The notes beneath the pieces were generated by a model, which was not told the DNA's origin, did no database searches, and saw nothing but the letters and a program-made list of their open reading frames with translations. A DNA stretch of 64,000 nucleotides from an uncultured Bacteroidales bacterium (GTDB lineage Bacteria > Bacteroidota > Bacteroidia > Bacteroidales > P3), in assembly GCA_944320415.1 (NCBI GenBank), contig CALUHJ010000016.1:13728-77727 (forward strand). The letters run 5' to 3'. This document shows, in pieces, positions 40,967-51,200 of this stretch. Both the position numbers and the translations under genes were made by a program. Numbering within the stretch: the first letter of the stretch is position 1; the number at the start of each line of letters is the position of its first letter.

Positions 40967-41791
40967 TTATTCTTCCAGAAGAAGACTCATGTAAAAGAAG
41001 TCTTCGTTGCGGACAATGCCTTCTCTTAAAGGTTTTATCATGTGAAGAATCTGAGGTTTTGCGTCATTGTCCAAAGGGTAGGTCCTGTAATCTATCTTCT
41101 TGCCGAAACGTATGTAGAGCAGTTGCAGGAATGTTTCGAGACACTCGTTGCAGTCCGTAACGATATCCACAAGTCGGAGACTGTCGTTATGGAAGTATCC
41201 CACGGCAAGGCCCATGATGTCCCTTCCTTTTGCAAGAAAGAATATGTCATAGGAAGAATTCCGGTACAGTGCGAGTGTTTTTTCAGAATGAATTGTGGTG
41301 TTTCTGCGATGTATTGCAAGCTTGTTGAAAAGCTCCATGTCAAACTGCTTCGACTGTATCAGTTCGAAACCTTTGCAGTCGGATGTCATATCTTTTTTGT
41401 CATATACACCCGACTGTTCTATTCCGCATGAGCGGTATCCGAAACGTTTGTAGTATTCTACCAGACCTTCGTCGGCAGCCATGAGAAAGACGGCATCGAA
41501 GCCTTTTTCTTTCAGTTCCTCCTCCGTTCTTGCAATCAGTCTTCCGGCCATGCCCCTTGAACGGTATTGTTCGTCTGTGCACACCGAACAGATATATGCG
41601 GCAGAAAGGATGTTTTCCCCAAGGCTAAGACGGTATGGCGTGGCAAAAAGCATGCAGGTCAGTTTCCCTTTGTCGCTTGTGTGGAAGAATGTGTCGGGGG
41701 TATAGTACAGGTCGAAGAACTCGTCAATGAACTTTACCTTGTCTTTGAATGTCTTGTGCCATAATTCCTTGGCCTGTCGTTCTATGCTCAT
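40967..41791 (-). CDS. GNAT-family acetyltransferase
   Basis: 274 aa with the acetyl-CoA motif YRSRGMAGRLIARTEEELKEKGF. Its start overlaps the upstream stop (ATGA). Confidence 0.8.
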   Translation of the reverse strand: MSIERQAKELWHKTFKDKVKFIDEFFDLYYTPDTFFHTSDKGKLTCMLFATPYRLSLGENILSAAYICSVCTDEQYRSRGMAGRLIARTEEELKEKGFDAVFLMAADEGLVEYYKRFGYRSCGIEQSGVYDKKDMTSDCKGFELIQSKQFDMELFNKLAIHRRNTTIHSEKTLALYRNSSYDIFFLAKGRDIMGLAVGYFHNDSLRLVDIVTDCNECLETFLQLLYIRFGKKIDYRTYPLDNDAKPQILHMIKPLREGIVRNEDFFYMSLLLEE

Positions 41792-42681
41792 GGTATCAGG
41801 GTGTGTATGTGTTTCTCTATCATCCTGAATGGGTGATAGCTCAGTTTGGCCTGCCGCAAACCTTCCATTCCGAGGTCCTCCTCGCGGTTTATGTATATGT
41901 AGTTCTCCGGAAGATGCAGTGCAATCTGCTGGTTGATGATTGCGAAGGCCCCCTCTATGTCGCGGTCCGCTTTCTCTATATGAGTGTCGAAAGTATTGTC
42001 GTTTATCTTGCTGCCGAGGCTGAAGGCAACGATGCGGCCTTCTATCTTTATAGCCCCTCCGAATATGCCGAGCTGTTCGAAATTGTTCAGAAGGAATTCA
42101 ATGACACGCTTTTCGTTCAGGTATTCCTCTTCGGCTTCGGGATGTCTCTCTATGGATGATTTGCACCATTTTTCCTCCACTTCCATGCATTCAAAACAGC
42201 TGTCCTTGTCCAGTTGTTCGTACTGCCATGAGTATAGTTTGTTGAATTTGTTTATATGGTTGCGTTTGGCCTGCAGTTTCTTGCCCTTGAGGTTTTGAAG
42301 GTCTTCCCTCAGATACAGATAGTCGAAGAAGTCTCTTTTTGCTTCGGAGCGGAATCTTTGTGCAAACCGTGAGGGCAGCTCTGAGTGTTCGCAGATGAAA
42401 TGCAGGTTGTAAGCCTGCTCTTGGGCATCTTCTATTATGCGTTCTATTGCCTTGTCCATACCGTTCGGTCCTATGGGATAATGGTAACACAGGCTTTTGT
42501 TCCGCTCGAAATGTATGCGGGTGACAAGGCAGTTTTCCACAATGGCATATTGTCCGTAATAAAGGAAAGCATAGGCACAAAGGTTTGCAAAGGATGATTC
42601 TGAGTTTTGCAGACATTTGTATTTGTAGAATGAATCGAATATCTCTTTGTCTTGAGGAGTTACGTCTTTGAATACAATCAT
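41788..42681 (-). CDS. DUF2156 protein (MprF C-terminal, aminoacyl-PG-synthase-like fold)
   Basis: 297 aa. The N-terminal pattern SESSFANLCAYAFLYYGQYAIVENCLV and overall length fit DUF2156. Confidence 0.7.
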   Translation of the reverse strand: MIVFKDVTPQDKEIFDSFYKYKCLQNSESSFANLCAYAFLYYGQYAIVENCLVTRIHFERNKSLCYHYPIGPNGMDKAIERIIEDAQEQAYNLHFICEHSELPSRFAQRFRSEAKRDFFDYLYLREDLQNLKGKKLQAKRNHINKFNKLYSWQYEQLDKDSCFECMEVEEKWCKSSIERHPEAEEEYLNEKRVIEFLLNNFEQLGIFGGAIKIEGRIVAFSLGSKINDNTFDTHIEKADRDIEGAFAIINQQIALHLPENYIYINREEDLGMEGLRQAKLSYHPFRMIEKHIHTLIP

Positions 42682-42700
42682 TGCAAATGGTTTTTTATTT

Positions 42701-42726
42701 CAAAATTACAAAATTATTTACCTTTG
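42701..42726. promoter_or_regulatory. divergent -7 boxes (DUF2156 operon and ispH)
   Basis: Minus-strand TAatTTTG (42701-42708) and plus-strand TAccTTTG (42719-42726). Confidence 0.5.
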
Positions 42727-42758
42727 CAAAGTAAAGAGGAAGAAAAAGTACTTGTTTT

Positions 42759-43637
42759 ATGGAGGTTGTCATTGACAGGGAGGCTGGTTTTTGTTTCGGT
42801 GTCGTTTCCGCAATAGAAGCCTGCGAAAGGCAGTTGAGACAGGATGGAAGTCTGTACTGCATAGGTGATATTGTTCACAACAGCAAGGAGGTTGAGCGGT
42901 TGAAGGCCTTGGGACTTAGGATAATAGATAAGGATGAGCTGAATATGTTGGGTGGCTGCAAGGTGATGATAAGGGCTCACGGGGAACCTCCCTCGACGTA
43001 TGAACTGGCCGAAAAAAGAGGGGTAGAGATAATAGATGCCACCTGTCCCATAGTGCTTAAGTTGCAGAGAGATGTCAGGCAGGGTTATGAGAGGATGAAG
43101 CGTGTAGGCGGACAGGTCGTGATATTCGGTAAACAGGGACATGCCGAAGTGGTGGGGCTTATGGGACAGACGGAAGACAAGGCGATAGTCGTAAGTTCTG
43201 AGGAGGATTTGGAGATGATAGACTTCAATCGGCCTGTGCATCTGTTTTCACAGACAACCAAGAACAAGGAGGACTTTGTAAGGATTGTGGGCTTGATAAG
43301 GGAGAGGATGAAGGCGGCGGATAATGAGGCAGGTTTGTTCGTGACGGATTCTATATGCAGAAGGGTTTCCTCTCGCAGCAGGACATTGCTGGAATTTGCC
43401 GACAAGGTTTGTGCCCTTTTGTTTGTCAGCGGCAGACAGTCCTCGAACGGCACCTATCTTTACAGCTTGTGCAGACAGCACAAGAAGGAAACGTATTTTA
43501 TTTCATCGAAGGAGGACATAGATTTTTCTTTGCTGAAGGATTGCGACATAGTGGGAATAAGTGGAGCGACTTCCACGCCCATGTGGTTGATGGAGGAAAT
43601 AAGGGATTATGTACTTGCGACATTTGAAGCTGATTGA
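42759..43637 (+). CDS. ispH: 4-hydroxy-3-methylbut-2-enyl diphosphate reductase
   Basis: 292 aa with GFCFGV, ATCPIV and HAEV motifs of LytB/IspH. A TAccTTTG box lies at 42719-42726. Confidence 0.9.
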   Translation: MEVVIDREAGFCFGVVSAIEACERQLRQDGSLYCIGDIVHNSKEVERLKALGLRIIDKDELNMLGGCKVMIRAHGEPPSTYELAEKRGVEIIDATCPIVLKLQRDVRQGYERMKRVGGQVVIFGKQGHAEVVGLMGQTEDKAIVVSSEEDLEMIDFNRPVHLFSQTTKNKEDFVRIVGLIRERMKAADNEAGLFVTDSICRRVSSRSRTLLEFADKVCALLFVSGRQSSNGTYLYSLCRQHKKETYFISSKEDIDFSLLKDCDIVGISGATSTPMWLMEEIRDYVLATFEAD

Positions 43638-44682
43638 TTTCAAAAACATAAAGGAGTTCGAGACGGATTTTTCCCAGATAAACTGTTTTGTGGGCAATAA
43701 CGGAGTGGGCAAGACCAATATGCTCGACTCCATATATTATCTCAGTTTCTGCAAAAGCTATTTCAGTCCGAATGACACTTCGTCCATAAGGGAAGGCGCG
43801 GATTTCTTTGCAATACACGGAGATTACGTGTTGAAAGGCACGGCAGAACATTTCTCGTGTACATTGGAGGCCGACGGCAGAAAACAGATAAAACATTCCG
43901 GCAAACTGTACAAAAGACATTCGGAACACATAGGCCGTCTTCCGTCGGTGATGGTTGCACCCAATGACCAGAGCCTGATAACTGGAGGCTCGGAGAACAG
44001 ACGCAGATTTGTGGACATAATAGTGTCGCAGCAGGACAAGACATATTTGAACAATCTCATCCGCTACAACAAGGCGGTGGAACAAAGGAACAAACTGCTG
44101 AAGAACTATCTGAAGACCCGTTTTCTGGACGAGACCGCCTTGGATATATGGGATGAACAGGCGGCCTTTTACGGTGACGACATACGGCAGAGACGCAGGG
44201 AGTTCTTTGCCGGCTTTGCCCAACCTTTCAGAAAATATTACGACTATGTGTCTTGTGCGGACGAACAGGTGGGACTGGATTACAGAACATACGAAGGAGG
44301 TTTGCTCGACTTGTTGGGCAGAAACAGGGAGAAAGACAAACTGACGGGCTATACCACCGTCGGAATACACAGGGATGAACTGGAGTTCGGCTTGAACGGA
44401 AGGCCGATACGCTATTATGGTTCTCAGGGACAGCAGAAAACCTTCCTGCTTGCACTTAAGCTGGCTCAGTTCGATTATCTTTACGAGCATTTGGGCTTGA
44501 AGCCGCTTTTGCTTCTGGATGATGTGTTCGACAAGTTCGACTTCCAAAGGGTGAGCAAGTTGCTGCAACTTATATCGCAGCAGCATTTCGGACAGGTCTT
44601 TTTGACCGATACCCATATCGAGAGGGTTGAAAGCATAATTGCCGATGAGTTTAAGGACAAGACAAAAATATTCAGGCTGTGA
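43609..44682 (+). CDS. recF: DNA replication and repair protein RecF
   Basis: 357 aa beginning MYLRHLKLIDFKN, with P-loop GNNGVGKTN and the C-terminal LLLDDVFDKFD. Confidence 0.9.
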   Translation: MYLRHLKLIDFKNIKEFETDFSQINCFVGNNGVGKTNMLDSIYYLSFCKSYFSPNDTSSIREGADFFAIHGDYVLKGTAEHFSCTLEADGRKQIKHSGKLYKRHSEHIGRLPSVMVAPNDQSLITGGSENRRRFVDIIVSQQDKTYLNNLIRYNKAVEQRNKLLKNYLKTRFLDETALDIWDEQAAFYGDDIRQRRREFFAGFAQPFRKYYDYVSCADEQVGLDYRTYEGGLLDLLGRNREKDKLTGYTTVGIHRDELEFGLNGRPIRYYGSQGQQKTFLLALKLAQFDYLYEHLGLKPLLLLDDVFDKFDFQRVSKLLQLISQQHFGQVFLTDTHIERVESIIADEFKDKTKIFRL

Positions 44683-45020
44683 ACGGTAAGGACGAACAGA
44701 AGTACGGAAAACCATATGTTTCAAGAGGACCTTCCGAGGCAAGCGAAGCAAGCATCAAGACGGTTATGGCCCGATTCTTCAGGTCGCTGAACATAGATGC
44801 CGACTTTGAGCAGGAGCGTGTCGTAAAGGCTTGGGAGGGGATAACGGGAGAATTGATAAAAAAGATGACGATGAAGATATATCTTAAGGGAGGGGTGTTG
44901 TATGTGCATGTCAATTCCCCTGCATTGAAGTCGGAACTGATGATGGTCAGGACATCTCTGTGCGATAGGCTGAATGAACGTTTGGGAGAGAAAATGGTCA
45001 AGGCTGTATACATAAAATAG
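44679..45020 (+). CDS. DUF721 domain protein
   Basis: 113 aa with a GTG start overlapping the recF stop. This is the conserved position after recF. The pattern WEGITGELIKKMT...GVLYVHVNSPALKSEL fits the family. Confidence 0.75.
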   Translation: MNGKDEQKYGKPYVSRGPSEASEASIKTVMARFFRSLNIDADFEQERVVKAWEGITGELIKKMTMKIYLKGGVLYVHVNSPALKSELMMVRTSLCDRLNERLGEKMVKAVYIK

Positions 45021-45022
45021 AT

Positions 45023-46342
45023 ATGTTGAGGAAGTTTTTGTCACGGGAATCCGTCAGGAATTTTATAGCCTTGTTTTCCACTGACGTATTGGTCAGGGGC
45101 GGTAATTTCCTGCTCATACCCGTCTTCCTTCTTCTTATGACAAAACAGGAGTTCGGCATATACGGTTATCTCTATACCTTCGCGCTCTCCATGTCTTTGG
45201 TTCTAAACCTCGGATACCACGCCGTAATACCCAAACTGTACATAGACAGCAAGGACGATGCTGAAAAACGCGGAACCATGCTTTTCACCATAACCGTTTT
45301 TTTACTCTCTTTCATTGCAGTCGTTTATGTTCTGGTGGGAGTGACGGGAGCGGACGAAAGGTTCTTCTCTCTTGTGAACAGGGACGAACAGGCATCGCAG
45401 TTGAACTATTCACTTTACAGACCTTATCTCGGCATAGCTTTGCTGTCAATGGTGCTGTCCAATTTCATGACATATTATTTCATATCGGCCGAGAAGGTCA
45501 GAAAGATACAGACCTTTAACATTACGCGTTTCATATTGGTCAATGCCCTTGTGTTACTGGTCTTGGCTTTGAGCAGGGATACGGATGCGGCCTTGTTGCG
45601 TCTAAGCCTTACCTATGTGACGGAACTGACCTTGTGTGTTCTTTTTTCTTTCGGTTTGGTCCGGCAGTTCAGATATTCTTTCGACAGGAAATACATAATA
45701 AAGGTGGCGAAGATAGGCATGCCTCTTGCATGTACGGCCCTGATAAACGTTGTGGTCAATTTCGGAGACAAACATTTCGTCATGATTTATTGCGGAGCTG
45801 AAGTGCTGGGAGTATATACGCTCGCCTCCACCATAGCGGTCATACCGCTTATAGTCTATCAGTCGTTCAACTTCATATGGATTCCCAAACTGTTGAAACA
45901 AACCGACCTCGAAAGGATAAGGACAATGGCAAAAAAACATGCATTGCTCATTTTTGGACTTTTGACTCTGGTGTCGTTGCTTGTGATTGTGTTGTCGTTG
46001 TTTTTGTTCAAGGCAGGTTTGTTCCCAGAGAGTTATTTCGACATGATTCATATTCTCCCCATGCTGTTGCTTTCACAGGTCTTTTCGGCCTTGATTCTGT
46101 ATTATTTCAATTTCCTCACGTATTTCGAGCGGAACTATATGGTCATAATCATTTCTTTCATTACAAGTCTTGTGGCCTATTGTCTTTTCGGTTTGGTCGC
46201 ACCCCGTTACGGCGCAACCGGCATTGCCTTCGCTTCCATGACCGCCAATATTGTAGGTTTTGTCCTTTACTATCTTTGCAGCATGTATTATATCGGAAAG
46301 AACATGCGTCTGCAAAGGGATAAAACGCGTGTCGGATTATAA
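45023..46342 (+). CDS. oligosaccharide flippase family membrane protein
   Basis: 439 aa with about 12 TM helices and a Wzx/MOP-like layout. Confidence 0.75.
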   Translation: MLRKFLSRESVRNFIALFSTDVLVRGGNFLLIPVFLLLMTKQEFGIYGYLYTFALSMSLVLNLGYHAVIPKLYIDSKDDAEKRGTMLFTITVFLLSFIAVVYVLVGVTGADERFFSLVNRDEQASQLNYSLYRPYLGIALLSMVLSNFMTYYFISAEKVRKIQTFNITRFILVNALVLLVLALSRDTDAALLRLSLTYVTELTLCVLFSFGLVRQFRYSFDRKYIIKVAKIGMPLACTALINVVVNFGDKHFVMIYCGAEVLGVYTLASTIAVIPLIVYQSFNFIWIPKLLKQTDLERIRTMAKKHALLIFGLLTLVSLLVIVLSLFLFKAGLFPESYFDMIHILPMLLLSQVFSALILYYFNFLTYFERNYMVIIISFITSLVAYCLFGLVAPRYGATGIAFASMTANIVGFVLYYLCSMYYIGKNMRLQRDKTRVGL

Positions 46343-46353
46343 AAGTCGCGTGC

Positions 46354-46500
46354 GGAAAAAAATAAGTCGTCAGCATTCACCTCAAAAAGTCAGACTTTTT
46401 ACCCCGAAAAGTTGGACTTTTTACCCTAAAAAGTTAGACTTTTTGCACATTGAACACGCATGTTATTTTTTTCTCCTTGAGACTTGTTGTTTTTTTCAGG
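46354..46500 (+). repeat. MITE-like intergenic element, copy C (3 hairpin units, inverted relative to A and B)
   Basis: Units lie at 46378-46444. Imperfect terminal inverted repeats are GGAAAAAAATAAGTCGTCAGC (left) and CCTTGAGACTTGTTGTTTTTTTC (right). Confidence 0.75.
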
Positions 46501-46640
46501 CGTTTTATGGAATTTTACCGACCTTGTGCTTCCGTCCGTATGACCGATATGCTTTGGTATCTGCGGGACTTTGTTCATCCAATATTTATTCGTATGTTTG
46601 CAAATCGGTAATATATTGTTACATTAAATTAAAAACGGAT

Positions 46641-47399
46641 ATGAGAAGAAATATAGTTGCTGGCAACTGGAAGTCAAATCAGTTGTTCTCCCAGGCAGAC
46701 GAACTTATTAACGACATTGCGGAAAAGTTGAGGAATTTCGATTCTACGGATGTTGATGTCATTGTGTGTCCTCCTTTCCCTTATTTGGAACTGGTGAGCG
46801 ATGCGGCAGAGGATGTGGAGTTTTTTGTGGGAGCTCAGAACGTGTCGAAGTTTGACAATGGAGCCTATACCGGTGAGGTGTCGGCCGCAATGTTGCAGTC
46901 GATGAACATAGACTATTGTATTGTGGGACACAGCGAGAGAAGGAAATATTTCTTTGAGACGAACAGGGATGTTGCGGAAAAGGTGGACAGATTGCTAAAG
47001 GTGGACATAAATCCAATAGTATGTGTCGGAGAGTTGTTGGAGGAAAGGGAGGAAGGCAGACATTTCGATGTCATACGCTCTCAGGTGAGCGAGGGTTTGT
47101 TCCATTTGTCAAAGGATCAGATTACAAAGGTCATATTGGCTTATGAGCCGGTGTGGGCGATAGGAACGGGCAAGACCGCAACAAAGGATCAGGCTCAGGA
47201 GATGCACGCTTTCATAAGAGGATTGATTGCCGACAAGTATTCGGATGATGTGGCGCAGGATGTATCTATTCTTTACGGAGGCAGCTGTAATGCAAAGAAT
47301 GCGAGGGAGCTGTTCGCCCAACCTGATGTGGACGGGGGATTGATAGGCGGTGCTTCTTTGAAACATGAGGATTTCATAGAGATAGCTTGCAGTTTTTAG
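46641..47399 (+). CDS. tpiA: triosephosphate isomerase
   Basis: Begins MRRNIVAGNWKSN. Contains the AYEPVWAIGTGKTA motif. ATG 46641 is preceded by a TAtgTTTG box (46593-46600). The long upstream ORF extension runs through a repeat element and is rejected. Confidence 0.95.
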   Translation: MRRNIVAGNWKSNQLFSQADELINDIAEKLRNFDSTDVDVIVCPPFPYLELVSDAAEDVEFFVGAQNVSKFDNGAYTGEVSAAMLQSMNIDYCIVGHSERRKYFFETNRDVAEKVDRLLKVDINPIVCVGELLEEREEGRHFDVIRSQVSEGLFHLSKDQITKVILAYEPVWAIGTGKTATKDQAQEMHAFIRGLIADKYSDDVAQDVSILYGGSCNAKNARELFAQPDVDGGLIGGASLKHEDFIEIACSF

Positions 47400-47405
47400 T
47401 CGGTC

Positions 47406-48269
47406 ATGAATTATGTCAGATTGGATGTGCGGCTTATGTTGCAGGGACGTTGGGATGATTCCTGCGCATGGGTTGCGGACTTGTTGAAGGATGCTTTGAT
47501 TTCAATGGGTTTTGATGCTTTTGCCGATACTCCACAAGGTTTTGAGGCCTATTGTCCCGATGTATTGTTTTCCATGGAGAAGGTTAAGGCGGCTTATGAC
47601 GAGGCTTTGGGCTTTGTGGACGGTTTGCAGGTTGTTTACGGAACGGAAACGATAGAACAGAGGGATTGGAATGCGGAATGGGAGAAGAATTATCCTTCCG
47701 TAGTCTTTGACGGTTTTTGTGTTGTGAGGCCTCCGTTCAATCCCAAAGTGGAAGGGGTGAGATATGATGTGGTTATAGAACCGAAGATGTCTTTCGGGAC
47801 GGCTCATCATCAGACGACGTCTTTGATTATAGATTTTCTGTCCGTTGAGGATATTAAGGGAAAGCGGGTTATGGACATGGGCTGCGGAACGGGTGTTCTG
47901 GCCATAATATCCAGTATGATGGGTGCGTTATACTGTGAGGCTGTGGACAATGACACATGGGCTGCGGAGAATGCTGCGGAGAATGTGAAAAGAAACGGTG
48001 TTGATGTAAAGGTGCGTTTGGGAGACAGTTCTCTGTTGCAGAAGGATATATTGTTTGATGTGTTCGTTGCCAACATAAACAGGAACATATTGCTTGACAA
48101 TGTCGGAATTTATTCGGCCAATATGGCGGAGGGCGGTGTGTTGTTCTTGAGCGGGTTTTATACGGAGGATGTCGATGTACTCAAAAGTAAGTGTGAGACC
48201 TTGGGGTTGACTCTTTCGGAGGTAAGGACCAAGGACAATTGGGTCGCGATGCGTCTGGTGAAAAGATAA
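47406..48269 (+). CDS. prmA: ribosomal protein L11 methyltransferase
   Basis: 287 aa with the SAM motif VMDMGCGTGVLAI and the FGTAHHQTT motif. Confidence 0.9.
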   Translation: MNYVRLDVRLMLQGRWDDSCAWVADLLKDALISMGFDAFADTPQGFEAYCPDVLFSMEKVKAAYDEALGFVDGLQVVYGTETIEQRDWNAEWEKNYPSVVFDGFCVVRPPFNPKVEGVRYDVVIEPKMSFGTAHHQTTSLIIDFLSVEDIKGKRVMDMGCGTGVLAIISSMMGALYCEAVDNDTWAAENAAENVKRNGVDVKVRLGDSSLLQKDILFDVFVANINRNILLDNVGIYSANMAEGGVLFLSGFYTEDVDVLKSKCETLGLTLSEVRTKDNWVAMRLVKR

Positions 48270-48279
48270 AATGTGATTT

Positions 48280-51200
48280 ATGAGAAAGATACTTTTAGTT
48301 CTTTTGTCGTGTATGGTTATAGAGTCCGTACATGCTCAGAGATTCAAGGGATTCAGCGGCAACGCCGATACTTACATTGACGAGTTGAGGGAAATGGTTG
48401 AAACCGATGTGAACATCAAAAGCAAGCAGCAAAAGGAATATGAGCTGCTTCTGTCCGAATATGAGCAGGCGTGGAACAATTTCAGCGTTCAGCACCGTAA
48501 GGACATAATGGCTTTATCGCAGTTGATGTTCAAGAAAAACGCAAGGGCGAGAAACGGTTTCTATCAATTCATACAGACCCAGATAGCTTTCCAGAGTTCC
48601 AGTCAGACGCCCGAGAGTTATAACCAGTGGCTTAAGGGAATGCAAAAGTATGTTGTTGATCACAATCTGAAGATTTACAATGAAGCGGTAGAGGCTACGT
48701 TGAATCTTTTGAGAGACGGTTATCTGTACAGTTCCAAGTCGGTTCGATGGTCCATGGGGGATGCGGGCGGTTATGTGTTCCGTTATGATACTGTCCGTGG
48801 GGTTTATGCCGACATCAATTCCGATATAGATTTGACTTACAGTTCTCTGAGGGATTCCAATACCATATATTCTACCAAGGGCCGCTTGTATTTGACGGAA
48901 AACATATGGGAAGGCGAGGGCGGTACGGTCGATTGGGCCAAGGCAGGCCTGCCACAGGATGATGTCTATGTTGAATTGGGCAAGTATTTGGTCATATTGA
49001 ACAGGGCTTCTCTTACGGCGGACAGTGTCAGTTTTGTGAACAAGGAGTTCTTTTCCCACAAGTTGACGGGCAGTTTTGAGGATCAGTGCAGCGATTCCAA
49101 GACCAGGGACATGTCGACATATCCCCGTTTCTATTCATACAAGAAGGAGGAAATAATAAAGAACATATACCCCGATGTTGACTATGTCGGAGGATTCACC
49201 CAGCAGGGTGGCAAGTTTCTCGGAACGGGTGATGAAAAGACGCCGGCCGAGTTGAGGTTTTACAGGGAGGGCAAGTTGTACATCAGGGCCAAGGCGATAG
49301 AGCACCCTTTCAGCAGGGACGGTATCATAACTAAGGATTGCCAGGTGACCATATACGCCAACAACGATTCAATCTATCATCCGGGAACCAAGCTTAATTT
49401 CAACAAAAGCGACAGGAGGTTGTTTTTCAACGATTACAAGGAGGGTATTTCCGCAAGTCCGTGGGTGGACTCTTACCATTGCATAGACATATATACCGAT
49501 GCGGTTTATGCAGACCTTGACGACTACAAAATAGAGTTTACGGCCGTCAAGGGTCCCTCGAGAGAATCGTTTGCCACTTTTGAGAGCAACAACTATTACT
49601 CGGAGGACAAGTGGAACAAATTGCAGGGAATAGACCCGGTGAGTCCTTTGTACAGGGTCAGGGAGTTCACCAACAAGATAAAGAGGGAACAGTTCACGGT
49701 AAAGGAGTTTTCAAAATTCATCAGACTCGATGAGGTGCAGGCCAAGCTTATGCTTATGAATCTTGCCTTGAACGGGTTCATCGTATATGAGAGTTACAGG
49801 GAAACTGCCATTGTAAAACAGAAGTTGTACGATTATATACTTGCCAACAACAAGAAGATAGATTATGATGCGTTGCGATTCGTTTCGGCAGCAAAGGGAG
49901 AACCGAACGCGGTATTGAATACTCTGGACATGGAGCTTAGGATGAACGGCATAGAGAAGTTCACCATAAGCGACACGCACAATGTTGCCATAAGGCCTAT
50001 GGAGGGAAGGATAAGAATGTATAAAAACAGGGATTTCGAATTTGACGGTCAGGTTATGGCAGGCAGGTTTACCATGAGCGGAAAGGGATGTAAGTTTTCG
50101 TATGACAAGTTCGCATTGGATTTGCCGAGCATAGACAGCCTTAATTTCTTTGTTCCCATGTATGACGACTCCACAAAGTTGATACAGATACAGACTCCAA
50201 TACAGAACCTTTACTGTCAGATGCTTATAGATGAGCCAAACAACAAGAGCAGCGTGAAGAAATTGGAGGGATATCCGATACTTTCCTCTACCAAGGAGAG
50301 CTATGTGTATTACGATTCAAAGAAAATCCAGAACGGAGTATATTCCAGGGAGAATTTCTACTACAAGCTGGATCCTTTCCAAATCAAGAATCTGTTTGCA
50401 TTCAAGACGGACAGTGTAAGGTTTACGGGAGTGTTAAAGTCTGCCGGTATTTTTGAAGATATAACAGAGCCTTTGGTTGTCATGAGAGATTATTCTTTGG
50501 GCTTCAAGATGAATACTCCGAGTACGGGTCTTGCGGCTTATGGCGGCAAGGGACAGTTCTACAACAGCATAGACCTGAGTTGCAACGGTTTGTTGGGTAC
50601 GGGTTATCTGGACTATATAGCATCAAGGAGCCATTCCAAGATGTTTGTGTTCCATCCCGATTCCACAACATGCGTTACCGACAAGTTCAACTGCTTCTCC
50701 AAGTCTTCCATAGGTACGAGTGCGGCATTTGCCAAAGTGGATGCAACGGCAACGGACGAGCATTGGTATCCTCATATGGATTATATGCTTGTGGAGCAGA
50801 AGACAGAACCGTTCAACATGTACGATTCATTGGCCTTTCATACAGGTTCGTTGACTGTGAGTCCGTCTGGACTTACGGGCAGCGGAAGCACAAGGAGTGA
50901 GGAGATGACGGTCAGTTCGCAGAAGACTGTTTTTGCTGAGATGAGTTACAAGGCCGATACGGCAGACTTCGTATTGAATGCATTGGACGGCAACAGTGTT
51001 GCTTTCGAAGCTGGCAATGTAAAGGCAAGTGTAGATTTCAAGACAAGACAGGGAGAGTTTGTGTCCAATGACGGTATAAGCGAGAACCAGATGCCGTTCT
51101 TGCAGTACAAGTGTTATGTTGACAAGTTTGCGTGGGGAATGGATTCCAAATTGCTGGCCTTGCTGGATTCAGAGCATTCTCAAGTCGGCGATATAGCCTC

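Noticed and set aside
43609-43637. 29-nt overlap between ispH and recF considered as a possible frameshift or fusion
   Set aside because: Both proteins are full length with normal termini. A short same-strand overlap is common and needs no special explanation.
43498-44751. 417-aa ORF on the minus strand
   Set aside because: It lies entirely antisense to recF, which has clear motifs. It has no recognisable motif, and its Arg/Leu/Val-rich composition is typical of a shadow ORF.
46260-46640. N-terminal extension that makes tpiA a 379-aa ORF
   Set aside because: The extension reads through the 3' end of the flippase gene, the MITE-like element and the tpiA promoter box. Canonical TpiA begins at MRRNIVAGNWK (46641).
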